From Candidatus Nanosynbacter sp. BB002 (GTDB lineage Bacteria > Patescibacteriota > Saccharimonadia > Saccharimonadales > Saccharimonadaceae): DNA of 32,000 bases. Below the pieces are notes generated by a model. The model was given only the letters and a program-made list of their open reading frames with translations, did no database searches and had not been told where the DNA came from. Numbering within the stretch: the stretch's first letter is position 1; the number at the start of each line of letters is the position of its first letter. The position numbers were made by a program, and so were the translations under genes. This document shows, in pieces, positions 1 through 7,691 of this stretch. The stretch lies in assembly GCF_037013405.1 (NCBI RefSeq), contig NZ_CP146064.1:540001-572000 (forward strand), given 5' to 3'.

Positions 1-478
1 GGCCAATCACGCCTAGCTCATCGCCCAGCCCGCTGACCAGCCCAGCACTATCACTCATAAAATTCACCAATTCACTGGCGCGAACTTTGCCGTGCTGCTT
101 GCCATCTTTCAGGCCATGGTGCGGTGCTCGCGGCACGTAGACATTGTATCCCGTCTGATAGAACCAATCCGCCAACTCTGCCATCGCCGACGGCTCACCG
201 CTGACGCCATGAAGAATCATCACCGCCCGCGCAGTTTTCTTGCCGTGAGTTTTCAGAATTGGGCGAGATTCTGGACGCACCTCGCCATTAGCCGCATCAT
301 CAGCAATGACCTTTTGAATATCCTTCACCGACTGGTCATAATCACGCCGCTGAATGTGAGCCTTTTGCAGGTCAGTACTCCGACTTGGACACAGGAATAC
401 CCAGGCAACAGACGCCGCAATCAGCACCGCCACGACACCGGCTATTGTTATCCCCAGCGCTTTACCACGTACTGCCAT
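1..478 (-). CDS. alpha/beta-fold hydrolase (carboxylesterase/lipase-like), membrane-anchored; partial, 3' end beyond the left window edge
   Basis: Absent from the ORF track because it runs open to the window edge. My minus-strand translation from ATG 478..476 reads MAVRGKALGITIAGVVAVLIAASVAWVFLCPS...KKTARAVMILHGVSGEPSAMAELADWFYQTGYNVYVPRAPHHGLKDG...GDELGVIG. This gives an N-terminal TM helix, then an LHG(V/F)xG strand and a PxxxGHG-like motif typical of Est-type alpha/beta hydrolases. The expected GxSxG elbow would lie just off-window. GAGGAGG sits 4 nt upstream of the ATG. Plus-strand ORFs 92..649 and 385..753 are antisense shadows. Confidence 0.6.
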   Translation of the reverse strand, partial: MAVRGKALGITIAGVVAVLIAASVAWVFLCPSRSTDLQKAHIQRRDYDQSVKDIQKVIADDAANGEVRPESRPILKTHGKKTARAVMILHGVSGEPSAMAELADWFYQTGYNVYVPRAPHHGLKDGKQHGKVRASELVNFMSDSAGLVSGLGDELGVIG

Positions 479-496
479 GGCACCTCCTCATTCCAA

Positions 497-961
497 TTAT
501 TTTATTTCTTGCGCCGCCAAAATCCGCGCCTGAATTTCGTCCAGCTGGGCGTCATCCATTTTTGGACCATCAGCAGTGGTCAGCCAACCCGGATATTCCG
601 CGTAAAATGCCTGCTCATGCGACACTGCCGAGCCAATACCCTTCGCTAAGTCACCATGCAGCGGTACCAGCTTGGCATGCACATGCGCCACGCCTGTCCC
701 CTCAAAAATCAATGCCACTCGCGGCGTATCGAAAGCTTTTTCTAAAATATTAGCAACCTTTTTCACTGCCAGCATCATCTCAGAATACAATTCATCATCC
801 AAGGAAAATACGTAATCGCCTGGATTCTGTTTCGGTATTACCACGGTAAAGCCCGGTGTATTGGGAAACGGCGTGAGAAACGCTAAAAATTTCTCATCTT
901 CCCAGACTTTCCAAGATTTCATTTTACCTGACACGATATCGTCAAAAATTGTGTAATTCAT
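497..961 (-). CDS. HIT (histidine triad) family nucleotide hydrolase/transferase
   Basis: 154 aa. Histidine-triad-like GVAHVHAKLVPLHG near the C-terminal third, and an N-terminal IFxxIxxG motif. AAGGAGGAG Shine-Dalgarno upstream of ATG 961. Only 9 nt from the upstream gene. Confidence 0.8.
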   Translation of the reverse strand: MNYTIFDDIVSGKMKSWKVWEDEKFLAFLTPFPNTPGFTVVIPKQNPGDYVFSLDDELYSEMMLAVKKVANILEKAFDTPRVALIFEGTGVAHVHAKLVPLHGDLAKGIGSAVSHEQAFYAEYPGWLTTADGPKMDDAQLDEIQARILAAQEIK

Positions 962-970
962 ACTCCTCCT

Positions 971-2293
971 TTACGCAAATAAATCGTTCAATGCCTCACT
1001 CACCGTTGGATGAGTGAATATTTGGTCACGCAGTACAGTATATGGTAGGTCATTATCCATTACAGTTTTGATAATATTAATGACTTCTGGTGAGTTACGA
1101 CACAATAAACTAGCACCCAAAATTTGTTCAGTGTTTGCGTCAATCACCGCACGCAGCAAGCCTGTTGTAGCATTATCAACATGCAGGCGTGGAATCGCCA
1201 TAGCAGGCAACTCTTTTACGATAATTTCGCGCCCCGTCGCACGCGCCTCAGCCTCTGTCATACCCACCCGACCTAGCGGCGTTTGCATAAAGACCGCGTA
1301 CGGCAAGATTTTTTGTTTGGCGCGAGTGTACAGACCATCGCCCAGCAACTGGCTTCTCACAATCCGAAAATCGTCCAGCGACGCATAGGTAAATTGTGGC
1401 CCGCCCGTTACATCGCCCATTGCCCAAATATGCGACCGACTAGTGCGAAGTGTTTCATCAACCACAATTGCCCCGCGCTCATCCGTCGCTACACCAGCAG
1501 CTGGTAAATTCAAGCTCATCGTCGCCGGGCGACGGCCCGTAGCCATCAAAACCGCATCATAACCAGCGTAATCATCATGATTTACTGTGCGAATCGTCGC
1601 AGTAGACTCACCCTCAATCGCTGTCACATCCACACTAAACACAATCTCGATACCCTGTGCCTGCAATGCTTCAGTAGTAGCCCGAGCAATTGCTGGATCT
1701 TCACGTGCAAGCAGAGCATCACCCCTCTCAAATACTGTTACTTTTGTACCAAGTTTGGCATAAGTTGAGGCAAATTCTAACCCAATATAACCGCCACCAA
1801 TGATAGCTAGCTGTTTTGGCTGTGTCATTTTATCCAGCAATTCAGTACTGGTATATACAAACGGCTTATCAACACCTGGAATATCTGGGATGATTGATTC
1901 CGCACCGGTGTTAATAAAAATCTGCGGTGCACTCACTATTAGCTCGTCGTCACCCGCCATAACCTTCACAGTACGATCATCTACAAACGATGCCTCACCC
2001 TCAATGACACTCACCGTTTCACGATCCGCGAGCATGTGATAGTTCTTCTCATTCAACCGCGCTACCACTGTTGTCTTATGTGCCATCGCCTCATCAAAAC
2101 TTTGATGATGCTCAGCCGCACTGACCAGCACCTTAGTAGGAATACAAGCAATATTAATACAGGTGCCGCCATACATCTTTGGTGTCCGCTCCACCAGCGC
2201 TACCTTTTTGCCCGCATTCGCCAGCGTCACCGCCAATGTCTTGCCGGCTTTGCCAAAACCAATGATAAGTGCGTCAAATTGTTGTGTATCCAT
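971..2293 (-). CDS. class I pyridine nucleotide-disulfide oxidoreductase, RclA/YkgC-like
   Basis: 440 aa. FAD-binding GFGKAGK motif, redox-active disulfide GGTCINIACIPTK, a second Rossmann GGGYIGLEFA, a GD motif WAMGDVTGG, and a C-terminal FTHPTVSE dimerisation motif. Length and motifs match my memory of E. coli RclA (about 441 aa). AGGAGGAGG Shine-Dalgarno before the ATG. Confidence 0.8.
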   Translation of the reverse strand: MDTQQFDALIIGFGKAGKTLAVTLANAGKKVALVERTPKMYGGTCINIACIPTKVLVSAAEHHQSFDEAMAHKTTVVARLNEKNYHMLADRETVSVIEGEASFVDDRTVKVMAGDDELIVSAPQIFINTGAESIIPDIPGVDKPFVYTSTELLDKMTQPKQLAIIGGGYIGLEFASTYAKLGTKVTVFERGDALLAREDPAIARATTEALQAQGIEIVFSVDVTAIEGESTATIRTVNHDDYAGYDAVLMATGRRPATMSLNLPAAGVATDERGAIVVDETLRTSRSHIWAMGDVTGGPQFTYASLDDFRIVRSQLLGDGLYTRAKQKILPYAVFMQTPLGRVGMTEAEARATGREIIVKELPAMAIPRLHVDNATTGLLRAVIDANTEQILGASLLCRNSPEVINIIKTVMDNDLPYTVLRDQIFTHPTVSEALNDLFA

Positions 2294-2416
2294 TTACCTC
2301 CTCCTATCTTTTTTAGTGATCTCTCTCGCTGCAACAATTTCTCTATCGGCACACAGAACTGCCTCTTTTATTACAAGTTTTTGAGATACTACTATTATCG
2401 TGTGCGCAATAGCTCC

Positions 2417-3460
2417 TTAAAACTGCTCCAAAAAGTCCAGCTTGCCACTCTCAAAATGCCGTACGTCCTCGATACCGTATTTCATCATCACCAGGCGGTC
2501 GATGCCGCAGCCAAAGGCAAAACCGGTGTACTCATTCGGATCGATGTCGGCAGCCTTCAGCACGTTCGGGTGGATCATGCCGCAGCCCAAGAGTTCGATC
2601 CAGCCCTCGCCCGAACAAACCTTACAATCCGGATTTTTGCCCTCACAGAACGGGCAGCTCAGCGCAAATTCAAAGCTCGGCTCGGTGAACGGGAAATAAA
2701 ATGGGTTGACGCGCACATCCAATTTCTTGCCGTAATATTCCTGCAAAAATTCCTGCAACGTCGCGATGAGGTTGCCGACATTGACACCCTTGGCGACATA
2801 CATACCTTCGACTTGATAGAACGTGTGCTCGTGCCGCGCGTCCAAATCTTCGTTGCGAAACACCCGATCAGGTACGATGGCGGCGATCGCCCCGCCGTTC
2901 GCCAAATTGCCGTGATATTTTTTCAGCACGCGGTTTTGCATGGTCGAGGTGTGCGCTGGGGCAATCAAGCGGTCGCCATTGGCATCCGTCTCCTCAGTCA
3001 TGAACGTATCATAATCATCACGCGCCGGGTGACCCTTCGGGAAGTTCAGACTCTCGAACATATGAAATTGATCGTCGATTTCGCGCGACTCTTCCGTCAC
3101 GAAACCCATGCGATTGAAAATGTCAGAAATACGGTCGATCTCACGCATCAATGGATGAATTGTGCCCCGTTCACTCGGCAGTAATTCAGGCCGGGGAGCA
3201 TTGACGTCCATCGGTGCTGTCACGTCAATTGGCGGCAAGTCAACTTTTGACAGCTCAGCTTCGCGAGCCGTAACCGCCCGCTCCAACTCCTGCTTCAGTT
3301 CATTGACTTTCTTACCAAACGCTCCGCGCTCTTCGGCTGACAGCGTCGTGATGACACCATATAGTTCCCGTAGCTCCGCACTCCGCAAGACACTGCGCGG
3401 CTCGGCTGCCTCGGCTACACGTGATAATAATACTGATCGAACTTCATCTAACTTTTCCAT
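2417..3460 (-). CDS. pheS: phenylalanine--tRNA ligase alpha subunit
   Basis: 347 aa. Class II aaRS motifs: HPLMREIDRI, FRNEDLDARHEHTFYQVEG, FPFTEPSFEF and GCGMIHPNVL...GFAFGCGIDRL. No pheT follows it in this window. Confidence 0.95.
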   Translation of the reverse strand: MEKLDEVRSVLLSRVAEAAEPRSVLRSAELRELYGVITTLSAEERGAFGKKVNELKQELERAVTAREAELSKVDLPPIDVTAPMDVNAPRPELLPSERGTIHPLMREIDRISDIFNRMGFVTEESREIDDQFHMFESLNFPKGHPARDDYDTFMTEETDANGDRLIAPAHTSTMQNRVLKKYHGNLANGGAIAAIVPDRVFRNEDLDARHEHTFYQVEGMYVAKGVNVGNLIATLQEFLQEYYGKKLDVRVNPFYFPFTEPSFEFALSCPFCEGKNPDCKVCSGEGWIELLGCGMIHPNVLKAADIDPNEYTGFAFGCGIDRLVMMKYGIEDVRHFESGKLDFLEQF

Positions 3461-3461
3461 G

Positions 3462-3698
3462 TCATCGCCCTTGCATTAAAAACATCCCGACAACTCCTGC
3501 CGCCATGATCACAATCAAAACCCACGCCCACGCCAACGTTGTCGTCTGTTTTGTGCCTTCTAGATATTTCACATCTTCCACGCCGTCCAAGCTAGCTTTC
3601 TCCTGCAAGCTCGACGCTTTCGCCTTTTCGCGTAGTTCCGCCGCAATGCGTTCTTGCAGTTTGCTGCGCTGATCGTTCTGATTTACAAATAATCCCAT
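3462..3698 (-). CDS. small C-terminally anchored membrane protein (hypothetical), first gene of the pheS transcription unit
   Basis: 78 aa. Charged coiled N-terminal part, then one TM helix (LAWAWVLIVIMAAGVVGMFLM). The stop TGA is 1 nt from the pheS ATG. An extended -10 lies 6 nt upstream of its ATG. Confidence 0.5.
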   Translation of the reverse strand: MGLFVNQNDQRSKLQERIAAELREKAKASSLQEKASLDGVEDVKYLEGTKQTTTLAWAWVLIVIMAAGVVGMFLMQGR

Positions 3699-3704
3699 AA
3701 CTAC

Positions 3705-3713
3705 AGTATAGCA
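3705..3713 (-). promoter_or_regulatory. extended -10 (TGCTATACT), 6 nt before ATG 3698; leaderless candidate for the small protein-pheS unit
   Basis: Minus strand reads ttTGCTATACTgtagttATGGGA. There is no Shine-Dalgarno. Confidence 0.5.
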
Positions 3714-3718
3714 AATTA

Positions 3719-3727
3719 TGCTATAAT
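3719..3727 (+). promoter_or_regulatory. extended -10 (TGCTATAAT) for the MIP channel gene (leadered)
   Basis: Plus strand reads aTGCTATAATagtcgtgatactactttAAGGAGGgaatATG. It lies back-to-back with the divergent 3705..3713 element. Confidence 0.5.
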
Positions 3728-3755
3728 AGTCGTGATACTACTTTAAGGAGGGAAT

Positions 3756-4700
3756 ATGGCTACGAAGAAAACTTCAAAGAAAGCCCCGGTTAAAGCTACG
3801 GCAAAGAAAACTGCTACAGCTAAGACCGAAACCAAAACGACCGTCAAACGAGTCGTCACCGAATCTGCTGCGGCCAAAAGCAAAAGCAAGCGCGCCAAAT
3901 TAGGTTCCACATTACCAAGCAACTTAATCAACATCGTCATCGCGGAAATCATCGGTACGTTCATCTTGACGCTGACCGCTCTGTTTGCATCAGACGTCTT
4001 GTCATCAATGTACGTTGGTTTTGCGTTGATGCTCATCGTTACTGCCATTGGTGGTATTTCTGGCGCACACGTCAACCCAGCCGTCACCTTTGGTTTGTGG
4101 TCAATGCGCAAATTAAAAACCGCTTTGGTACCATTTTACTGGGGTGCACAATTCCTCGGTGCCATGGCAGCAGTCGTGTTGATCGGCTCAATCACCAACA
4201 ACGGTTTTGCGCTCAGCTTTAACCAATTCACTGCATTCTCATGGAGTGTCTTTGCCGTTGAACTGATCGGTGTTGCTGTCTTCATGTTCGGCGTCGCCGC
4301 AGCATTGAACCGCAAAGAGATCAGCACGACTGGCAAAGCCTTTGGTATTGGTCTGGCATTGATGATCGGTTTGGTCGTATCAGGCTCAATCACGTCATTT
4401 GTCCGTGCATCAGTCATAGCCAAGATCCAAGATAACCAAGTTGCAGCACAATCAGAAAACAGCGAGCGTCCATACCCACGAGAAATTTACATCTCAGGCG
4501 CAACACTCAACCCAGCTGTTGCTTTGGCAGTCACAGAAAAGACTGACACTCAAGTGCGCAGCAACAGTCCATTCCCAGGCAAGAACGAGAAAAACTACTC
4601 TCGCTTCAGCCTGGAAGTAATTGTCGCAACACTTATCGGTGCAGCTCTAGGTGGCAACTTGTTCTTGCTCATCAACTACCGCAACAAGGAAGAAGAGTAG
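3756..4700 (+). CDS. MIP/aquaporin-family channel, divergent
   Basis: 314 aa. First NPA box SGAHVNPAVTFG (nt 4074..4082), second box SGATLNPAVALAV (nt 4509..4517), and six hydrophobic segments. About 50 aa of Lys/Ala/Thr-rich N-terminal extension. AAGGAGG Shine-Dalgarno at 3745..3751. Confidence 0.85.
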   Translation: MATKKTSKKAPVKATAKKTATAKTETKTTVKRVVTESAAAKSKSKRAKLGSTLPSNLINIVIAEIIGTFILTLTALFASDVLSSMYVGFALMLIVTAIGGISGAHVNPAVTFGLWSMRKLKTALVPFYWGAQFLGAMAAVVLIGSITNNGFALSFNQFTAFSWSVFAVELIGVAVFMFGVAAALNRKEISTTGKAFGIGLALMIGLVVSGSITSFVRASVIAKIQDNQVAAQSENSERPYPREIYISGATLNPAVALAVTEKTDTQVRSNSPFPGKNEKNYSRFSLEVIVATLIGAALGGNLFLLINYRNKEEE

Positions 4701-4720
4701 ATCATAGTTCTACTATAACG

Positions 4721-4751
4721 ATATCCCGCCTCCTTTGGCGGGATATTTTTT
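4721..4751 (+). terminator. intrinsic terminator after the MIP gene
   Basis: 10-bp stem ATATCCCGCC/GGCGGGATAT (4721..4730 with 4737..4746), 6-nt loop, then TTTTT. It lies between convergent genes. Confidence 0.7.
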
Positions 4752-5820
4752 AATCTTCCTGCGCAGGCCGATCGATTAGCTCTAGCTGCGCTTGATGATC
4801 ACCACCAGCGATCCGCACCACGTCTTTATCAATCTTGCCCAGCTCCTTGTACGAATTATTATAATGCCCGACAGTGGTGCTGAGACTCTTGCCCATCTTG
4901 GTCATTAGCTCATCAAACTTTTTGATATGCACGCCCAGCTGACCGACACGCACCTGGATATCCTTGGCCTGCTCTTCAATCTGTAGGCTCCGCAGCCCCT
5001 GCAGTACCGTCTGTAAATACGCCAAAAAGCTGGTCGGACTGACGATGATCACCCGCTTGTCACGAAAGGCATACTCAATCAAATCGCGGCTCGAACCTCC
5101 CGCACCAACATTATTGATGAGTAGGTCATAATACAGCGACTCACTCGGGATGAACATAAAGGCAAAATCCATAGTATGCTCCCGCGGGCGAATATATTTG
5201 CTGGTTTCGTCAATGCGACCCTTCAGGTCAGCCTTCACCTTATTTAGCCACAGCTCGCGCTCGGCTTTGGTCTCGGCGTTAATCATCCGGTTATAATTTT
5301 CCAAGCTAAACTTACTGTCTACTGGCAAAATCTGCCCCTTGTCTAGAAAAATCACCGCATCAACAATCTCGCCATCCTTGAAGCGATATTGCATCTGGAA
5401 CTGCTTGGCGGGCAGCACATTATCCAGCACGCTTTCCAGGTAAAACTCGCCGAACACACCGCGCTGCTTGGGATTTTGCAGGACATTCTGCAAAGTTTTT
5501 AGGTCAGTCGCCACGTCGACCACCCGCTTGTTCGTCTCGTCCAATTTTGCCAGCCGCTGTGTTACGTCCGCTACCAACTTGGCACTTTCTGACAGCTGCT
5601 TTTGTACCGAAGTTTGCACTTGAGCATTGCTGCGCTCCAATTTATCGCTGACTGATTCATTCAACTTGGCGATGGTTCGCCCCAGCTCCACTACGTCAGT
5701 TTTGATGAGCTCGACTGATGATTGCTGCTTCAGCTCGCCTAGTTTTGACTGCAGCACGAACAACGTCGCGCCCAAGCCCATAACGATAATACCTAAGAGA
5801 ATGATGATAATGATTTCCAT
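4750..5820 (-). CDS. rmuC: DNA recombination protein RmuC
   Basis: 356 aa. N-terminal TM helix, a long coiled coil, then the RmuC core (DAVIFLDKGQILPVDSKFSLENY...FAFMFIPSE...VIIVSPTSFLAYL). Confidence 0.85.
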   Translation of the reverse strand: MEIIIIILLGIIVMGLGATLFVLQSKLGELKQQSSVELIKTDVVELGRTIAKLNESVSDKLERSNAQVQTSVQKQLSESAKLVADVTQRLAKLDETNKRVVDVATDLKTLQNVLQNPKQRGVFGEFYLESVLDNVLPAKQFQMQYRFKDGEIVDAVIFLDKGQILPVDSKFSLENYNRMINAETKAERELWLNKVKADLKGRIDETSKYIRPREHTMDFAFMFIPSESLYYDLLINNVGAGGSSRDLIEYAFRDKRVIIVSPTSFLAYLQTVLQGLRSLQIEEQAKDIQVRVGQLGVHIKKFDELMTKMGKSLSTTVGHYNNSYKELGKIDKDVVRIAGGDHQAQLELIDRPAQED

Positions 5821-5838
5821 ACCCTTAGTGTACAGGGA

Positions 5839-6330
5839 TTACAGAGACAAGACAACTCGTGCCAAAATCACAAACACGATCATCAACAATATCGCTGCGC
5901 CATCACCACGAATCCTATTGAGCCATGTCAAGCTAGCGTATACCACCATATAGGTCAATGATGCGATCAACGCCGCCACAATAGTGTGCGCCTGCCAAAA
6001 ATTAACACCCCACAAGGCAATCGTTGCTGCCAACACCACGACCAGCGGACGCTTGATACCAAACAATATCAACACTGGTACCAACATGATAGCCATGATA
6101 ACTGTGGCGATATGCCCTGCCATCATGGTGCTGTTGCCACATAACAACTGGTTGGCGCCATCTTTACACACGATTGGTTCCAAGATAACTCGGTCAATTC
6201 CCGTTGCCACCAGCCACACCAACAAGCCTGCCGCTGCCGCAGTCAACAACAAACGACCAAACACTGCTGCTCGCATATTGAACAAGTAGTCTGATATCTC
6301 CTCTTTAAATATAGTTGAGAGAATCTTCAT
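5839..6330 (-). CDS. hypothetical integral membrane protein
   Basis: 163 aa with four or five hydrophobic helices and no motif I recognise. Co-directional with rmuC, 18 nt upstream of it. Confidence 0.45.
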   Translation of the reverse strand: MKILSTIFKEEISDYLFNMRAAVFGRLLLTAAAAGLLVWLVATGIDRVILEPIVCKDGANQLLCGNSTMMAGHIATVIMAIMLVPVLILFGIKRPLVVVLAATIALWGVNFWQAHTIVAALIASLTYMVVYASLTWLNRIRGDGAAILLMIVFVILARVVLSL

Positions 6331-6392
6331 AATATCTTAATATTACACGAAAATTGCCAATAAAGCAAATGTAGATTATGAATATATTTATG

Positions 6393-6854
6393 CTAACGCT
6401 TTATCAATGGTTTATACCAGATGATTCCGATGCACGCTATCAACAAACCACCAGCGACATCAAGTGGTGTGTGCACCAATGCCAACACCCGGCCAATTCC
6501 AACCAGCAGTGTCAACACCAAACAAACACTGGCCAACAGTTTATCACGCGTACCGAACCATACTGCCAAGGTAATCGCCATGGTAAACAATGCGTGATCT
6601 GAAGGAAACCCAGGATTGTTGAGATAGGCTGCGCCCGGCTCAACGCCCATCAGTTCAAACGGACGCAAACTTTCCGGCTGATAGAACGTCCCCACCGTCT
6701 TTGCTATCACATACGCCGTCAAGCCTGCCATCAACACTCTGGCATATGTCTGATATTTTTTGTTGTTCGGCACTTTGCACAGCAATGCGTACGCACCAAT
6801 CAAAACCACCGGTATAACCAAACCGTCTGCCACCAGTTTCACAATTGCTTCCAT
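6393..6854 (-). CDS. PAP2-family phosphatase (undecaprenyl/lipid phosphate phosphatase-like)
   Basis: 153 aa polytopic protein. PAP2 tripartite motif elements are present: LRP..., PSDH, and GRVLALVHTPLDVAGG. Confidence 0.7.
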   Translation of the reverse strand: MEAIVKLVADGLVIPVVLIGAYALLCKVPNNKKYQTYARVLMAGLTAYVIAKTVGTFYQPESLRPFELMGVEPGAAYLNNPGFPSDHALFTMAITLAVWFGTRDKLLASVCLVLTLLVGIGRVLALVHTPLDVAGGLLIACIGIIWYKPLIKR

Positions 6855-6860
6855 GCAATC

Positions 6861-6869
6861 ATTGTATCA
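6861..6869 (-). promoter_or_regulatory. extended -10 (TGATACAAT), 6 nt before ATG 6854 (PAP2 gene); leaderless candidate
   Basis: Minus strand reads ggcggaTGATACAATgattgcATGGAA. Confidence 0.5.
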
Positions 6870-6893
6870 TCCGCCAGGCTACACATCCAGAGC

Positions 6894-6922
6894 TTGCAGC
6901 ACGCCATGTTTTGTAGTACAAT
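6894..6922 (+). promoter_or_regulatory. sigma70-type promoter for tRNA-Gln (TTGCAG-17 nt-TACAAT)
   Basis: -35 at 6894..6899 and -10 at 6917..6922. The tRNA 5' end (6934) is 11 nt after the -10. Confidence 0.5.
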
Positions 6923-6933
6923 CAAATACGCAT

Positions 6934-7007
6934 TGGGGATTGGCCAAGCGGTAAGGCAGCGGGTTCTGGTCCCGTGATCGGGGGTTCGAATCCCTCATCC
7001 CCAGCCA
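6934..7007 (+). tRNA. tRNA-Gln (anticodon CTG), CCA encoded
   Basis: Sequence TGGGGATTGGCCAAGCGGTAAGGCAGCGGGTTCTGGTCCCGTGATCGGGGGTTCGAATCCCTCATCCCCAGCCA folds as a cloverleaf. Acceptor stem is TGGGGAT/ATCCCCA, anticodon stem GCGGG/CCCGT with loop TTCTGGT, and the T-loop is TTCGAAT. It closely resembles E. coli tRNA-Gln. Confidence 0.9.
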
Positions 7008-7021
7008 CATTGATTTTCACG

Positions 7022-7053
7022 ATACATCGTTAGCGCGATGTATTTATTTTTTT
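7022..7053 (+). terminator. intrinsic terminator after tRNA-Gln
   Basis: 8-bp stem ATACATCG/CGATGTAT (7022..7029 with 7036..7043), then TTATTTTTTT. Confidence 0.6.
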
Positions 7054-7487
7054 GACATTTTGATGGCGATGCCAAATAGTACCCATAACAGCCCTAGCCA
7101 CACAAAGTCAATCATACTTGATTCTCGGGATAATATGCTGAACAGTATGGAGATACCGCGCATATCTGCAAAAACCACCAAAACCGTCAGCAGCTGCAGC
7201 GCTATGATTAAACAACAAAAGCTCAGCCGTAACACAGAAGCTCTCGCCCGTAGCCCGATCAACCAAGGTAGCGCCAGCACTTCCGTGTATACCAACGCCA
7301 CAGCAAGCACCACTGCCGTCGCTTCGGTAAATCCAGCGAGCTGCAATAACCCTGGAAACTTCTCAAAGGCGAACAATTGCATCAGTACCGTCAGCAGCAA
7401 CGTCACCGCCAGCAATAAACTAGCCAGGCGGCCTAGACCAAGGTTTCTCATCTCTTTTTTCATTTGTTTGACTGACAGCTTTTTCAT
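7044..7487 (-). CDS. hypothetical integral membrane protein (about 4 TM)
   Basis: The ORF track gives 7044..7520 with a GTG start. I prefer ATG 7487 (MKKLSVKQMKKEM...) because TATAAT lies 6 nt upstream. Four hydrophobic helices, no confident family. Confidence 0.5.
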   Translation of the reverse strand: MKKLSVKQMKKEMRNLGLGRLASLLLAVTLLLTVLMQLFAFEKFPGLLQLAGFTEATAVVLAVALVYTEVLALPWLIGLRARASVLRLSFCCLIIALQLLTVLVVFADMRGISILFSILSRESSMIDFVWLGLLWVLFGIAIKMSKK

Positions 7488-7493
7488 GCCTTT

Positions 7494-7499
7494 ATTATA
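7494..7499 (-). promoter_or_regulatory. -10 (TATAAT), 6 nt before ATG 7487; leaderless candidate
   Basis: Minus strand reads cTTGTGGttatagagcttgcgcatTATAATaaaggcATGAAA, with a weak -35 (TTGTGG) at 17-nt spacing. Confidence 0.4.
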
Positions 7500-7647
7500 A
7501 TGCGCAAGCTCTATAACCACAAGTTTGTTGTATTTTTCACTAAATTACTTGCAAAAAAACAAAAATATACGTACCATAAACATAAGCGAACTATACAAAA
7601 ATAAACACCACAAATTACGTATCTTTCGCTCTACGACCATCCACCAC

Positions 7648-7684
7648 AACAAAATACCGCTGCTTTTCATGTAGCGGTATTTTC
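7648..7684 (-). terminator. intrinsic terminator after trmD
   Basis: 8-bp stem ATACCGCT/AGCGGTAT (7654..7661 with 7673..7680). On the minus strand it is followed by TTTTGTTG. Confidence 0.55.
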
Positions 7685-7691
7685 CGTTGGT

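Noticed and set aside
2560-2700. The Cys-rich segment in PheS (SCPFCEGKNPDCKVCSGEG) as a novel Zn-ribbon insertion.
   Set aside because: As far as I recall, a similar CxxC...CxxC element occurs at this position in Firmicutes-type PheS, so it is probably ancestral to this PheS type and not novel.
2036-3184. A 382-aa plus-strand ORF, and other long ORFs such as 14721..15587 (+), 13422..14042 (+), 22019..22576 (+) and 92..649 (+).
   Set aside because: All lie antisense to genes with unmistakable conserved motifs (pheS, leuS, ligA, the hydrolase). Their products are low-complexity and Arg/Ser/Cys-rich, with no motifs, no Shine-Dalgarno and no promoter. They are shadow ORFs.
7521-7650. An A-rich 130-nt spacer with one DnaA-box-like string (CATCCACCA) as a possible origin.
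   Set aside because: There is only one weak box, no dnaA/dnaN nearby, no box cluster or AT-rich 13-mers, and no strand-bias switch across it.
7545-7670. A 41-codon hydrophobic minus-strand ORF (MKSSGILLWWMVVERKIRNLWCLFLYSSLMFMVRIFLFFCK) in the gap between trmD and the next gene.
   Set aside because: Its ATG sits in the loop of the trmD terminator hairpin. It has no Shine-Dalgarno or -10 at a suitable distance, and its composition simply reflects the T-rich strand.
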